DNA of 64,000 nt. Source: Bryobacteraceae bacterium (GTDB lineage: Bacteria > Acidobacteriota > Terriglobia > Bryobacterales > Bryobacteraceae). The stretch lies in contig JBGPHT010000015.1 of the NCBI GenBank assembly GCA_041484525.1, positions 7,307 through 71,306 of the forward strand, given 5' to 3'. Positions within the stretch are counted from its first letter, which is position 1. Every line of letters starts with the position of its first letter. The translations under genes were made by a program, and so were the position numbers. Below, piece by piece: positions 26,812-35,649 of this stretch. Under the pieces are notes generated by a model that did not search any database, had not been told where the DNA came from, and worked only from the letters and a program-made list of their open reading frames with translations.

Positions 26812-28209
26812 ATGAGAGGGCGCTCGTTCATGTCCACGGGAACTTATCCAGCTACGCTGAATCAATCCGGCGGCCTTGCCTTCGGCCTCATCGATACCCC
26901 GCTCCGCCGGTTGGGCGCCGTGGTCATTACGATTTTCCTGTTCTTCGCCTACGGAAGAATCCTGGATTTTCGCATGGCCAAGCTGCATATCCCTTACGTC
27001 CTTTCGTTGTTCGCGCTGTTTTGCGCCGCGCTCTCGGGCGGTCTGCCGCGGGCCCTCCTCTCTCGCATCGGGGTATTCATGACGGCGCTTACGGCGTGGA
27101 TGATGGTGTGCGTGCCGTTCGCCTTCTGGAGAAGCAACTCGCTCGAGTTGATCACCGGCAAGTGGTTCAAGGCGTACATGCTGGCGATCCTGCTGATCGC
27201 GCTGCTGGGGTCGGTAAAAGAATGCCATCGTGCCATGAACTCGCTGGCCTACGGCACCCTGCTGGTAGCGTTGCTGGCGCTCTATTTTCATGCCACGTCG
27301 CGCGGCCGGCTCATTTTGCCCGAGACGGCTTTGACCAACCCGAACGATCTGGCGCAGGTGTTGCTGATGGGGTTGCCGTTTCTGGTGATTATGACGTTTT
27401 CAGGCAACAACGTGGTGCGTCGGGTGTTCGCCAGCGGAGCCGTCATGATCGTCATGTACGTGATTCTGAAAACCGCCTCGCGCGGCGCCCTGATCACGAT
27501 TGGGGTCTGCAGTCTGCTGGTGTTTTTCAAAGCGTCCATGCTGACCAAGTTCAAGCTGGTGGCGCTCGGAATGATCGGCGTAGTGGTGTTTGTCGCCACC
27601 ATGCCGCCTGAGGTCCGATCCCGCTACATGACGCTTTTCTCGAGCTCGCAGGGGAAGTTTGCCGATAGCAATGATGACGAGAGCGCGATCGAGTCCACCG
27701 CCGAGCGTAAGGCGATCCTGATCCAAGCGGTCAAGATCACCCTCCGGCGTCCGCTGTTTGGAGTAGGCCCGGCGAACTTCCCGGATTACTCGGCGGCCGA
27801 TTCCCACGCTTCGGGGGTGAGAGCGCACTGGCGCATGACGCACAACACTTACCTCGAATGGTCGAGCGAATGCGGTTTTCCCGGTGTGATTCTTTTCCTG
27901 GCAGGTGTTTTCTTCTGTCTGCGCCGGATGTCTAAAACCACCAAGCGTTTCGAAGGGAATCCCGCCACCAGGCACCTGGTGCAGATCGCCGGCGCGCTGC
28001 AGTTCTCGCTGCTCACCTACTGCGCGAGTTCGTTCTTCGCCAGCACGGCTTACGAAATCCTGTTCCCTACCCTCGCCGGTTTGACCATGGCCTTTCTATA
28101 CGCCGTTGAGAACGAGCAGTTGGTCGAAACGCTCGCGCCGGCTCCCGTCGAGTGGATGCCTCCGCAGAAGAATTTCATTCGCTCCGCTTCGTCCGCTCCG
28201 CTGCGGTAG
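26812..28209 (+). CDS. O-antigen ligase/polymerase-like (Wzy_C-type) polytopic membrane protein
   Basis: About 10 or more hydrophobic segments. KTASRGALITIGVCSLL plus a large loop with HNTYLEW is typical of the O-antigen ligase domain family. Confidence 0.7.
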   Translation: MRGRSFMSTGTYPATLNQSGGLAFGLIDTPLRRLGAVVITIFLFFAYGRILDFRMAKLHIPYVLSLFALFCAALSGGLPRALLSRIGVFMTALTAWMMVCVPFAFWRSNSLELITGKWFKAYMLAILLIALLGSVKECHRAMNSLAYGTLLVALLALYFHATSRGRLILPETALTNPNDLAQVLLMGLPFLVIMTFSGNNVVRRVFASGAVMIVMYVILKTASRGALITIGVCSLLVFFKASMLTKFKLVALGMIGVVVFVATMPPEVRSRYMTLFSSSQGKFADSNDDESAIESTAERKAILIQAVKITLRRPLFGVGPANFPDYSAADSHASGVRAHWRMTHNTYLEWSSECGFPGVILFLAGVFFCLRRMSKTTKRFEGNPATRHLVQIAGALQFSLLTYCASSFFASTAYEILFPTLAGLTMAFLYAVENEQLVETLAPAPVEWMPPQKNFIRSASSAPLR

Positions 28210-28224
28210 CGCCCCCATCCCCGC

Positions 28225-29448
28225 ATGAAGATTCTCTGGGTCAAGGCCGGCGGCTTGGTGCCCTGCGATTCCGGCGGCAAGATCCGCAGTTTTCAAATCC
28301 TGCAGCAACTGGCCCGCCGCCACTCCGTCACCCTGTTCACCTTCTATCCGGAATATCCGGACGATCAGCACCCCGCGCTTACCGGCTTCGCCGAGGTCAT
28401 CCCCGTTCCCATTCATCTGCCGCCCAATCGTACCCTCGACGATTACCTGCTCTATGCGCGCCGCCTCTTCTCGCCGCACCCCTACAGCATGGAGAAGTAT
28501 TACACCCCGATGGTGCGCCAGAAAACCGCCGAGGTACAGGCGCGCGGCGGCTTCGACGTGTTGGTCTGCGATTTTCTGACGCCCGCGGGGTTGATCGACT
28601 GGCGCCTCCCCATGGCTAAGATCCTTTTCACGCACAACGTGGAAGCGCAGATCTGGCGGCGCCACGCCCAGGTGACGCGGCATCCGGTTTGGAAAGCGGT
28701 CTATTGGCGCGAGGCGCGCATGCTGGCCCGCGCCGAGCAGAGATATTCGCAGCTTGCCGATCACGTGCTGACCGTATCCGAGAGCGACCGGACCGCCTTC
28801 CGCAACCACGTGTCCGCCGAGAAAGTCACCGCCATCCCGACCGGCGTCGACGTCGAGTACTTCCACCCGGGAGCGGAGCCCATCGAGCCCGATTCCATCG
28901 TCTTCACCGGGTCGATGGATTGGATGCCGAACGAGGACGGCATTCTATTCTTCGCGCAGGAAATCCTGCCCAAGATCCACCAGGAGATCCCGGCCGCTAA
29001 GCTGTGGGTGGTCGGGCGGCGCCCCACGAAGCCGGTCGAGGCCCTGGCCGGCGACCGCGTCCGCGTCACGGGAACCGTCGACGACATCCGTCCATATGTG
29101 CAGCGCGCGGGCGTCTACGTGGTGCCCTTGCGCAGCGGCAGCGGCACACGGATCAAGATTTTCGAGGCGATGGCGATGGGTAAGGCGGTGGTCTCGACAA
29201 CGGTTGGCGCCGAAGGCCTGCCCGTGACCCACGGCCGCGATATCGTGATCGCCGATGATCCCGCCGCGTTCGCCGCGAGCGTGGTGCGCCTGCTGCGCGA
29301 CCCCGAGTCGGCGCGCCGCCTGGGGAGCGAGGCGCGCAAGCTGGTCGAAAGCAAATACGGTTGGGGGGCGGTGGCGGATAGTTTCGAACCTATTCTGCAA
29401 TCGCTGGCCGGCCGCGGCGCTACCCGGGCGCGGCTGGTGCGCGAGTAA
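28225..29448 (+). CDS. Glycosyltransferase family 4 (resembles the PEP-CTERM/EpsH-locus-associated stp1-type sugar transferases)
   Basis: FTGSMDWMPNEDGILFF and GSGTRIKIFEAMAMGKAVVSTTVGAEGL. The family assignment is from memory of the MDW-x-PN motif. Confidence 0.75.
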   Translation: MKILWVKAGGLVPCDSGGKIRSFQILQQLARRHSVTLFTFYPEYPDDQHPALTGFAEVIPVPIHLPPNRTLDDYLLYARRLFSPHPYSMEKYYTPMVRQKTAEVQARGGFDVLVCDFLTPAGLIDWRLPMAKILFTHNVEAQIWRRHAQVTRHPVWKAVYWREARMLARAEQRYSQLADHVLTVSESDRTAFRNHVSAEKVTAIPTGVDVEYFHPGAEPIEPDSIVFTGSMDWMPNEDGILFFAQEILPKIHQEIPAAKLWVVGRRPTKPVEALAGDRVRVTGTVDDIRPYVQRAGVYVVPLRSGSGTRIKIFEAMAMGKAVVSTTVGAEGLPVTHGRDIVIADDPAAFAASVVRLLRDPESARRLGSEARKLVESKYGWGAVADSFEPILQSLAGRGATRARLVRE

Positions 29449-29457
29449 GCTTCACTG

Positions 29458-29961
29458 TCACAGCAGGATCTTCGCGGCGGTCGCGAGCGGCAGGAACAGA
29501 GTCCGCGGCTGGCTGGCAAGCGGGCGGAAGCCGTGGTGCCGATAGAATGCCGCGGCGCGATCGTTCTTAGCGTCAACCAGAAGTGTGAAGACCGCCGGCG
29601 GGGCAAGCAGCGTGCGCCGGACGGCATCCGCCAGCAGCGCCGCACCCAGGCCGCGCCCGCCAAATTTCTCGTCCACGGCCAGGCGGCCGATGCGCACCGC
29701 AGGCAGGGTCGGATAGCGCGGCAGGCGCTTCGTCATCTCAGGCGGAAGGTCCGGAGTGGGGATGCTGGCCGAAGCGATCGTGTAATAAGCGGCGAGGCAC
29801 CCGCTGGCCGCTTCGATGGCGACGAAGCAACTGGCGATGCGGCGGCGAATGTCCTGGGTGGCTTGCGTCCTGAGATAACGGTCCAGCGCTTCTTCCCCGC
29901 AGGCGAATGACGCGCGGTCGTGCCGATCGCTCAGCGGCTCGAGGCGGAACGGAGGCGTCAC
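29458..29961 (-). CDS. tacT: GNAT-family acetyltransferase toxin (TacT-like) of a type II TA pair
   Basis: The 167-aa protein has GRLAVDEKFGGRGLGAALLADAVRR (acetyl-CoA loop). Its start overlaps the stop of the DUF1778 gene by 4 nt. Confidence 0.75.
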   Translation of the reverse strand: MTPPFRLEPLSDRHDRASFACGEEALDRYLRTQATQDIRRRIASCFVAIEAASGCLAAYYTIASASIPTPDLPPEMTKRLPRYPTLPAVRIGRLAVDEKFGGRGLGAALLADAVRRTLLAPPAVFTLLVDAKNDRAAAFYRHHGFRPLASQPRTLFLPLATAAKILL

Positions 29962-30239
29962 GCGCGACCGAATAACGCCTGACGGCGTTTGAAGGCGCGC
30001 CGCAGCGCCGGTTTTGGAGCGGGCGGATTCAGAATAGCCTCGGCGATCTGCCGCTGGTCTTCAACGGAAAGGCGGATGATCTCGTTTTGCTCGATGGTCC
30101 GGCACGCGGCTTCGCGAGCGGCCGTAACCACGAAGTCCGTCAAGCTGCGCCCCTGGATCTCCGCCGCTCGCTTGAGCAGCGCGTGAATGTCGGCGGGCAG
30201 GCGCGCTTCCAGGCGGGCCGGGCTGGAAGCTTTCTCCAT
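29958..30239 (-). CDS. tacA: DUF1778 (TacA-like, RHH) antitoxin
   Basis: MEKASSPARLEARLPADIHALLKRAAEIQGRSLTDFVVTAAREAA matches the DUF1778 pattern. The start is set at the complement of 30237-30239. The track ORF extends upstream into the permease gene. Confidence 0.75.
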   Translation of the reverse strand: MEKASSPARLEARLPADIHALLKRAAEIQGRSLTDFVVTAAREAACRTIEQNEIIRLSVEDQRQIAEAILNPPAPKPALRRAFKRRQALFGRA

Positions 30240-30249
30240 ATCTCCACTA

Positions 30250-30266
30250 TACGGCAAATTGCCGTA
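30250..30266. promoter_or_regulatory. Perfect palindrome TACGGCAA-A-TTGCCGTA, 11 nt upstream of tacA. Candidate TA operator.
   Basis: Read directly from the sequence: 8-bp arms around a single central base. This is too short a loop for an RNA hairpin, so a DNA-binding site is more likely. Confidence 0.4.
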
Positions 30267-30271
30267 CAGGG

Positions 30272-32929
30272 CTACTCGTACCGCAAAGCTACCATCGGAT
30301 CCACGCGAGCCGCGCGGCGCGCCGGCACATAGGCCGCTAGCATCGCTATCGCGATCATCGCGACGGCGCCGAACGCAATCGGGACCGGGCTCGCCAGCGG
30401 CAGCCCTTCCATCACGCTCGCAGCGAATCGCCTGCCCCACAGCGCCATCGGCACTCCGATCCCGAGGCCGATCGACACCATTCGCAGCGCGTCTCCCACC
30501 ACCATGCCGATCACGTCCCCGCGCGTAGCGCCCAGCGCCATGCGGATGCCGATCTCGTTGATGCGGCGCGCCACCGTGTAAGCCAGCAGCCCGTACACGC
30601 CGATCGCCGCCAGCAAGGATCCCAGCGCGCCGAACAGCGCGGAGAGCGTGGCGATGAGCCGCTCCGGAACGATCGACGCATCCATTTGGGCGGCCAGCGT
30701 GGTGATGCTCTCGACCGGCACGGTCTTCAAGACGGTGCCGACAGTGCGGCGCACCTCGCCCGCTACGACAGCCGGGTCCCCATTCGTGCGAAGCGAAAAA
30801 CTATGCGAGTTGACGCCCCGCGCCTGGAACGCACAGAGGTAGATGGTGCGGGGCGCCGGCTCGCGCAGGTCGATGTACTTGGCATCGCCCACGACCCCCG
30901 CAATCTCAAACGGCTGGTCGTCCCGCTCCAGCGTGACGCGCCTGCCGACGGGGTTGGCGTCGCCGAAATAATAGCGGGCCATAGCCCGATTGAGAATCGC
31001 CAGGTGCGCGGCGCCCAAGTCCTGGAGCGTGAAATCACGGCCCGCGAGCAGCGGCGTACCGTAAGTTTCAAAGTACCTGGGTGCGACCCAGCGCACGAAG
31101 ATGCGGGTTTCCACCGCCTTCTTCTGGTAGCCTTCCACGGTAGCGAAGCGGCTGGCCGCCGCGCCCGAGATGGGCGTACCGCTGCTGAGCGTGGCCGAGC
31201 GAACGCCCGGAATCGCCACGAATCGCTCCAGCAGTTCACGGTACGCGGAGGACAATTGTTCGCCGGTATATCCGCTGCGCGCCGGATTCAGGGTCGCCAG
31301 CAGAAGATGGTCGCGTTGAAAGCCCAGGTTGACGTTCCGCAGATCCGAAAGGTGGCGGATGAACAGACCCGCGGCACTCAACAGCACCACCGAAAGGGCA
31401 ACCTGTGCAACCACCAGGCTCCTTCCGAAAAGCCGCCCGAGCCGGGTCTCGCCGGCCGTCCCCATCGTTCGCAGCGACGACGCCGGCTCGGCCGCCATGG
31501 CATGCAAAGCCGGCGCCAGCCCGAACAGCACTCCGGTGAGCAGCGCGGCTCCGGCTGTGAACAGCAGCATGTGCATATCCGGCTGCACCACAATCTCGAT
31601 ACGGCTGCGCTCGCTGGCGATGATCCGCACCAGCGCGTCCGCGCCGAAATACGCCACCAGGACACCACACAAGCCGCCCGTCACGGACAGCAGCAGGGAC
31701 TCGGTCAACACCTGGCGCACCAGGCGCAGCCGGCCGGCGCCGAGCGAGATGCGCAATGCCATTTCACGCCGGCGACCCGCCGCACGCGCCAGCAGCATGC
31801 TGGCCACGTTGGTGCACGCGATCAGCAGGAGCAGCCCCACGACGGCCATCAGGAACAGCAGCGGTTTCGAAAATCGATCGCGCAGACGCCCCCCAGGGGG
31901 ATCGGCGCGCGACAGACCGGCGCCCGCCGGCTCGAGATCGAACTTCACCCTGCTCCAATTGGGATCGCGCTTCAGGCTGGCTTCATCGAAGGTCTGCCGG
32001 TACAGCACCGCCATTTCCGCGCGGGCCTGTTCCATCGACACCCCCGGCTTCAACCGGCCCATCAGTGAGACGCCGCCGTGCCGCGTGGCGTGATGGATCG
32101 CCGGCTCCGTGGACATCGTCACCCAGACCTGCGTTCTGTACCCTAATACGATGCCGGAGAAGCCCTGCGGCGCCACGCCCGCAATCGTCGCCGGCACATC
32201 GTCTATGATGATTCGCTTGCCCATGATGGCCGGATCCAGATTGAACCGGCTCTTCCAGTAGGACCAGCTCACGACTGCCACCGCGGAAGAAGCCGCCTGC
32301 GCGCCGTCGTCTTCCGGACCGATCAGCCGGCCTGCCGTCGGCTTCACGCCGAGCATCCGAAAGTAGTTCCCATCCACAAATTCGCCGTCCGCGGCCGCCG
32401 CTTCCAGACCCTCGCCACGCACGGAAAGACGCGCGGGAGAACAGGCGATCAGGCCCGAGAACACCTGGTTGCGGTCGCGCATGTACTGGTAGGCATCGAA
32501 GCTGTAGACGTTCAGGCGCGGATCGCCCGGGTATGTGTTCAGGAGATCGACGAGCTGCCCCGGTTCCCGCACCGGCAGCGAGCGCAACATCAGGGTATCG
32601 ATCAGGCTGAAGATCGCGGTGTTGGCGCCGATACCCAACGCCAGCGACAGCACCGCCACCGCGGTAAATCCGGGACTGCGCCGCATGGTGCGAAGGGCAT
32701 AGCGTATATCCTGCCAAAGCCGTTCGAGCGAACTCCATCCCCACATTTCGCGTGTGACCTCCTGGACCACTGTGCGATTGCCAAACTCGCGGCGGACGGC
32801 CAGTTCGGCGGCCTGCGGTGTATCGCCTCGTTCGATCCGATCGCGCGCCGCCATCGCGAGATGCGCCTGGATCTCTTCGTCCAACTCCTGATCTCGGCGC
32901 CTGCGGGAAAGCCAAGTCCACTTGCTCAT
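30272..32929 (-). CDS. ADOP-family duplicated FtsX/MacB-like permease
   Basis: The 885-aa protein has the N-terminus MSKWTWLSRRRRDQELDEEIQAHLAMAARDRIERG...RYALRTMRRSPGFTAVAVLSLALGIGANTAIFSLID and two FtsX-type 4-TM modules. This is the hallmark architecture of acidobacterial duplicated orphan permeases. Confidence 0.85.
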   Translation of the reverse strand: MSKWTWLSRRRRDQELDEEIQAHLAMAARDRIERGDTPQAAELAVRREFGNRTVVQEVTREMWGWSSLERLWQDIRYALRTMRRSPGFTAVAVLSLALGIGANTAIFSLIDTLMLRSLPVREPGQLVDLLNTYPGDPRLNVYSFDAYQYMRDRNQVFSGLIACSPARLSVRGEGLEAAAADGEFVDGNYFRMLGVKPTAGRLIGPEDDGAQAASSAVAVVSWSYWKSRFNLDPAIMGKRIIIDDVPATIAGVAPQGFSGIVLGYRTQVWVTMSTEPAIHHATRHGGVSLMGRLKPGVSMEQARAEMAVLYRQTFDEASLKRDPNWSRVKFDLEPAGAGLSRADPPGGRLRDRFSKPLLFLMAVVGLLLLIACTNVASMLLARAAGRRREMALRISLGAGRLRLVRQVLTESLLLSVTGGLCGVLVAYFGADALVRIIASERSRIEIVVQPDMHMLLFTAGAALLTGVLFGLAPALHAMAAEPASSLRTMGTAGETRLGRLFGRSLVVAQVALSVVLLSAAGLFIRHLSDLRNVNLGFQRDHLLLATLNPARSGYTGEQLSSAYRELLERFVAIPGVRSATLSSGTPISGAAASRFATVEGYQKKAVETRIFVRWVAPRYFETYGTPLLAGRDFTLQDLGAAHLAILNRAMARYYFGDANPVGRRVTLERDDQPFEIAGVVGDAKYIDLREPAPRTIYLCAFQARGVNSHSFSLRTNGDPAVVAGEVRRTVGTVLKTVPVESITTLAAQMDASIVPERLIATLSALFGALGSLLAAIGVYGLLAYTVARRINEIGIRMALGATRGDVIGMVVGDALRMVSIGLGIGVPMALWGRRFAASVMEGLPLASPVPIAFGAVAMIAIAMLAAYVPARRAARVDPMVALRYE

Positions 32930-33014
32930 GCCTGGCCTTCGCTATCATTGGGATGCACGATGCGATTCTACATCTATGGCTGTAGATTGTCTACTGCCTG
33001 AGGTGGGTGGCATC

Positions 33015-33081
33015 TTGACAGGGTCCTGTTAGGGCCGCTACGATTCAGTCAGTAGTAGGAATTCCGGACTTTCCGGAATTC
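33015..33081 (+). promoter_or_regulatory. Candidate sigma70-type promoter (TTGACA-18 nt-TACGAT) plus inverted repeat GGAATTCCGGA-CTT-TCCGGAATTC, upstream of the AbrB-type gene
   Basis: TTGACA is at 33015-33020 and TACGAT at 33039-33044. The 10/11-bp inverted repeat is at 33058-33081, ending 26 nt before ATG 33108. Confidence 0.35.
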
Positions 33082-33107
33082 TCCAGAACACTAACCACGC
33101 CGTTCCT

Positions 33108-33311
33108 ATGAGCACCTTAGTCAAAGTTCAACACAAGGGCCAGGTGACTATTCCCACACGGCTGCGCCGACAGGCCGGTATCGCTGAAGGCGACCTCAAG
33201 AAGGGCCGCACATTTGGCCCTTTCAACACTGCCGACGAGATGATTGCCTCCATGAAGGCACAACTGAGCAAGAGAGCCGCCGCCGCTAAGAAAACCCAGC
33301 CGTCTCGATGA
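33108..33311 (+). CDS. AbrB/MazE/SpoVT-type antitoxin-like protein (possibly internally shortened)
   Basis: MSTLVKVQHKGQVTIPTRLRRQAGIAEGDL matches the SpoVT/AbrB swapped-hairpin motif. The domain then breaks off into a Lys/Ala-rich tail. The ATGA overlap with the next ORF is preserved. Confidence 0.5.
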   Translation: MSTLVKVQHKGQVTIPTRLRRQAGIAEGDLKKGRTFGPFNTADEMIASMKAQLSKRAAAAKKTQPSR

Positions 33312-33501
33312 AGATCGATTACGTCCCGCGTGCGTTAGAAGCCCTCGAAAACGCCCCCGCCGCCGTGCGCAAAGCGTTTTTCAAGCAGGTCATATTTCTG
33401 GAACAGAACTTGGCCCACCCCTCCCTGCACGCCAAAAAGTACGGACGCATCCAAAGACCTCTGGCAAGCCCGGGAACCGCATCATCCCTCACCCTAAGTA
33501 G
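33308..33501 (+). pseudogene. Degraded RelE/ParE-superfamily toxin gene (frameshift plus internal deletion)
   Basis: The N-terminus MKIDYVPRALEALENAPAAVRKAFFKQVIFLEQNLAHPSLHAKKY is in frame. KDLWQAR appears only in the +1 frame and NRIIPHPK-stop only in the third frame, ending at 33501. The 201-aa track ORF is read-through into the antisense of the heparinase gene. Confidence 0.45.
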
Positions 33502-35581
33502 TAACCCCTCTGACCTCTACCTCTCCACCTGTCCGAAACGCGAACCCGTACCCACCGCCCTCATACACAACCCCGCCATCATCCTGCCGGCGGACCAGCG
33601 TGCCGACTGCGCGACCGAAGGCCAGCAGCATGGCAAACTCCGCCGGACACGCAGCGCGCCGGCTCCACCGCACCACCGTCGCGCGCACCTTCACGCCGTA
33701 CACCGGCGAGTATTCTCCCACTTCGATGCGCCGCTCCCATCCGCTATCCGCACTCGCGACGATCCCGAGCGTCTCCCCGCCCCAACACGCAGTCACGCCC
33801 GCCGCGTCAGTCTCCGACACCACGATCTCCGGCGCGAAATGCAGAGAGATTTCCAGATCGTGCGTGCCGCTTCCTTCCACCGCGTCGCGCACCAGCCAGA
33901 CTCCCTCGCGTAGGCCGACGACCCATCGGCGGTGCACCACCGGTTCGGCCAATCGTTCGTAGCCACTATGCAACCCTTCGAAAAGATCGAAGTCGCCGTC
34001 CTCCACCCATCGCCGAACTTCCACCCGCGGCCGCGGCCCCCAGCCGAACGGCCCGCGCGGATCAGCTTGGCTCGTGCCATCCACCGTGAGCGTGTTATGC
34101 GCTGCCGTACCGCGGAACCGGTCGCGCTCGCCGCCCATGTAGGCGAACGATCCGGGGTCCGTCAACCAGAGCTTCCCGTTCGCCGCGAGTTGGATGCTAA
34201 GCGCGTCCGCATGCCCGTGGCCCGCCGTCAGCGCCCCCTGTTCCCCGCCGTCGATGAACAACTGCCGCAGCGGCGGTCCCGCGGATGTCATCGCGTAGAT
34301 GCCGCAATCCGCCAGTGCCACGGAATGCGCCATCGGAAGGGCCGCGGCCACGATGTCGAACCTCGCCGCCGCCTCTGCTCCCAGCAGCCACAACGTCTCT
34401 TCCGCCAACCCGGGCGCGGCCGATTTCAGCCGCCCGTCGCCGAACAACACAGCCCCCGTCGAGAGCGGATCGAGCATCTCCTCCGCCCGATTGCGTGCGC
34501 CGTCGAAGAGCCGCCCGCCGTCGTCATCGCCGAAGCGCGGAAGCGCGCCCGCCTGCGCCAGATCCGCCAACGCCCGCAGCATGCGGCGAATCGTCTCGTC
34601 GAATTCCGCCGGAATCGCCACCCCATTACGGGCCGCCAGCAGCCGCGCGTACACGAAGAAATCGATCGCGTAGACGTGATAGTAAATCGACTGCTCGAAG
34701 TGCAGCCCGTCGACGCGCACCTGCCGCCGCGATTCCTCGAGTACGATCCGCCAGCCCGTTTGCCGCCACCGCGCCGCCTGCGGAATTCCCGGGTACCGCG
34801 CGCCGATCAGGAACAGCACCACGCCTTCGCCCAGCAAATGTGTGTTGGGCGCGAAATACGTCGAGAGGTATCGCTCGATGTACCACGCGGCGCGCGCCGT
34901 CTCGCGCTCCAGGTCCCGCTCAAACGCCCGATCGCCGCCCGCGCCTTCGAGCAGGAAGTCCACCCACAGCCAGGAGTGCGCGCGGAACGCCACCTCGAGA
35001 GTGCTGGTCCAATTCACTCCCATCGGATACGGATTCTTGCGCTGCCAGTCGTACCAGAGCTCGATCAGCCCGCTCGCGAACCGCGCGTCTCCAGTGATCC
35101 GGTAGGCCTTCGCCAGCGTAATCAGGAACTGGTGCCGGTTCAATTCCCAGGTGATCTTGTGATCGCCCACCTCGGCGAAATCCAGGTATCGAACCGACGG
35201 CCACGGCACTAAAGGCGCCCGCTTGCCGTGCACCGGATCGAGGCTCCAATCGATGTCCCGGCCGAAATCGAGCCCCTCATATCCAAGCAGATCGAACCGC
35301 CGGTCGAGGATACGTTCGGCCCGCGCCACGATTCGATCCGCCTGCGCCGGCATTCTCTCGCGCAGGATATCGACGATCCGCGGCACATCGTCCCGGTCGC
35401 AGAAGAAGCGGCCGCGCATCTCTGTGCCGTCCCCCGCGCCGAGGAACGCATCCTTCCCCGCCCTCTTGAACAGCACGTCGCCGCGCTTCGCCAGCTCCTG
35501 CCGCGAGCGCGTATAGATTTCGTGCGCGCTCATGCCGGACAATCGGCGAACATAGTCGCGCCAGGTTTTCTCAGCCGCCAT
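33494..35581 (-). CDS. Heparinase II/III-like protein (alginate-lyase-like N-domain)
   Basis: The 695-aa protein contains GDHKITWELNRHQFL, NTHLLGEGVVLF and HGHADALSIQL, motifs characteristic of the heparinase II/III family. Confidence 0.8.
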   Translation of the reverse strand: MAAEKTWRDYVRRLSGMSAHEIYTRSRQELAKRGDVLFKRAGKDAFLGAGDGTEMRGRFFCDRDDVPRIVDILRERMPAQADRIVARAERILDRRFDLLGYEGLDFGRDIDWSLDPVHGKRAPLVPWPSVRYLDFAEVGDHKITWELNRHQFLITLAKAYRITGDARFASGLIELWYDWQRKNPYPMGVNWTSTLEVAFRAHSWLWVDFLLEGAGGDRAFERDLERETARAAWYIERYLSTYFAPNTHLLGEGVVLFLIGARYPGIPQAARWRQTGWRIVLEESRRQVRVDGLHFEQSIYYHVYAIDFFVYARLLAARNGVAIPAEFDETIRRMLRALADLAQAGALPRFGDDDGGRLFDGARNRAEEMLDPLSTGAVLFGDGRLKSAAPGLAEETLWLLGAEAAARFDIVAAALPMAHSVALADCGIYAMTSAGPPLRQLFIDGGEQGALTAGHGHADALSIQLAANGKLWLTDPGSFAYMGGERDRFRGTAAHNTLTVDGTSQADPRGPFGWGPRPRVEVRRWVEDGDFDLFEGLHSGYERLAEPVVHRRWVVGLREGVWLVRDAVEGSGTHDLEISLHFAPEIVVSETDAAGVTACWGGETLGIVASADSGWERRIEVGEYSPVYGVKVRATVVRWSRRAACPAEFAMLLAFGRAVGTLVRRQDDGGVVYEGGGYGFAFRTGGEVEVRGVTT

Positions 35582-35649
35582 GAACTAGTGGGTGTCCTCG
35601 ATCCAACGCCAAATGCTAGATTGAATTTTGGCATTTTAGCCGGTATGAA

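Noticed and set aside
33308-33913. 201-aa ORF taken at face value as a full-length gene
   Set aside because: Only the first ~45 codons resemble a RelE/ParE-type toxin. The rest runs antisense through the heparinase-like gene and is Pro/Arg/His-rich. I interpret it as read-through after a frameshift.
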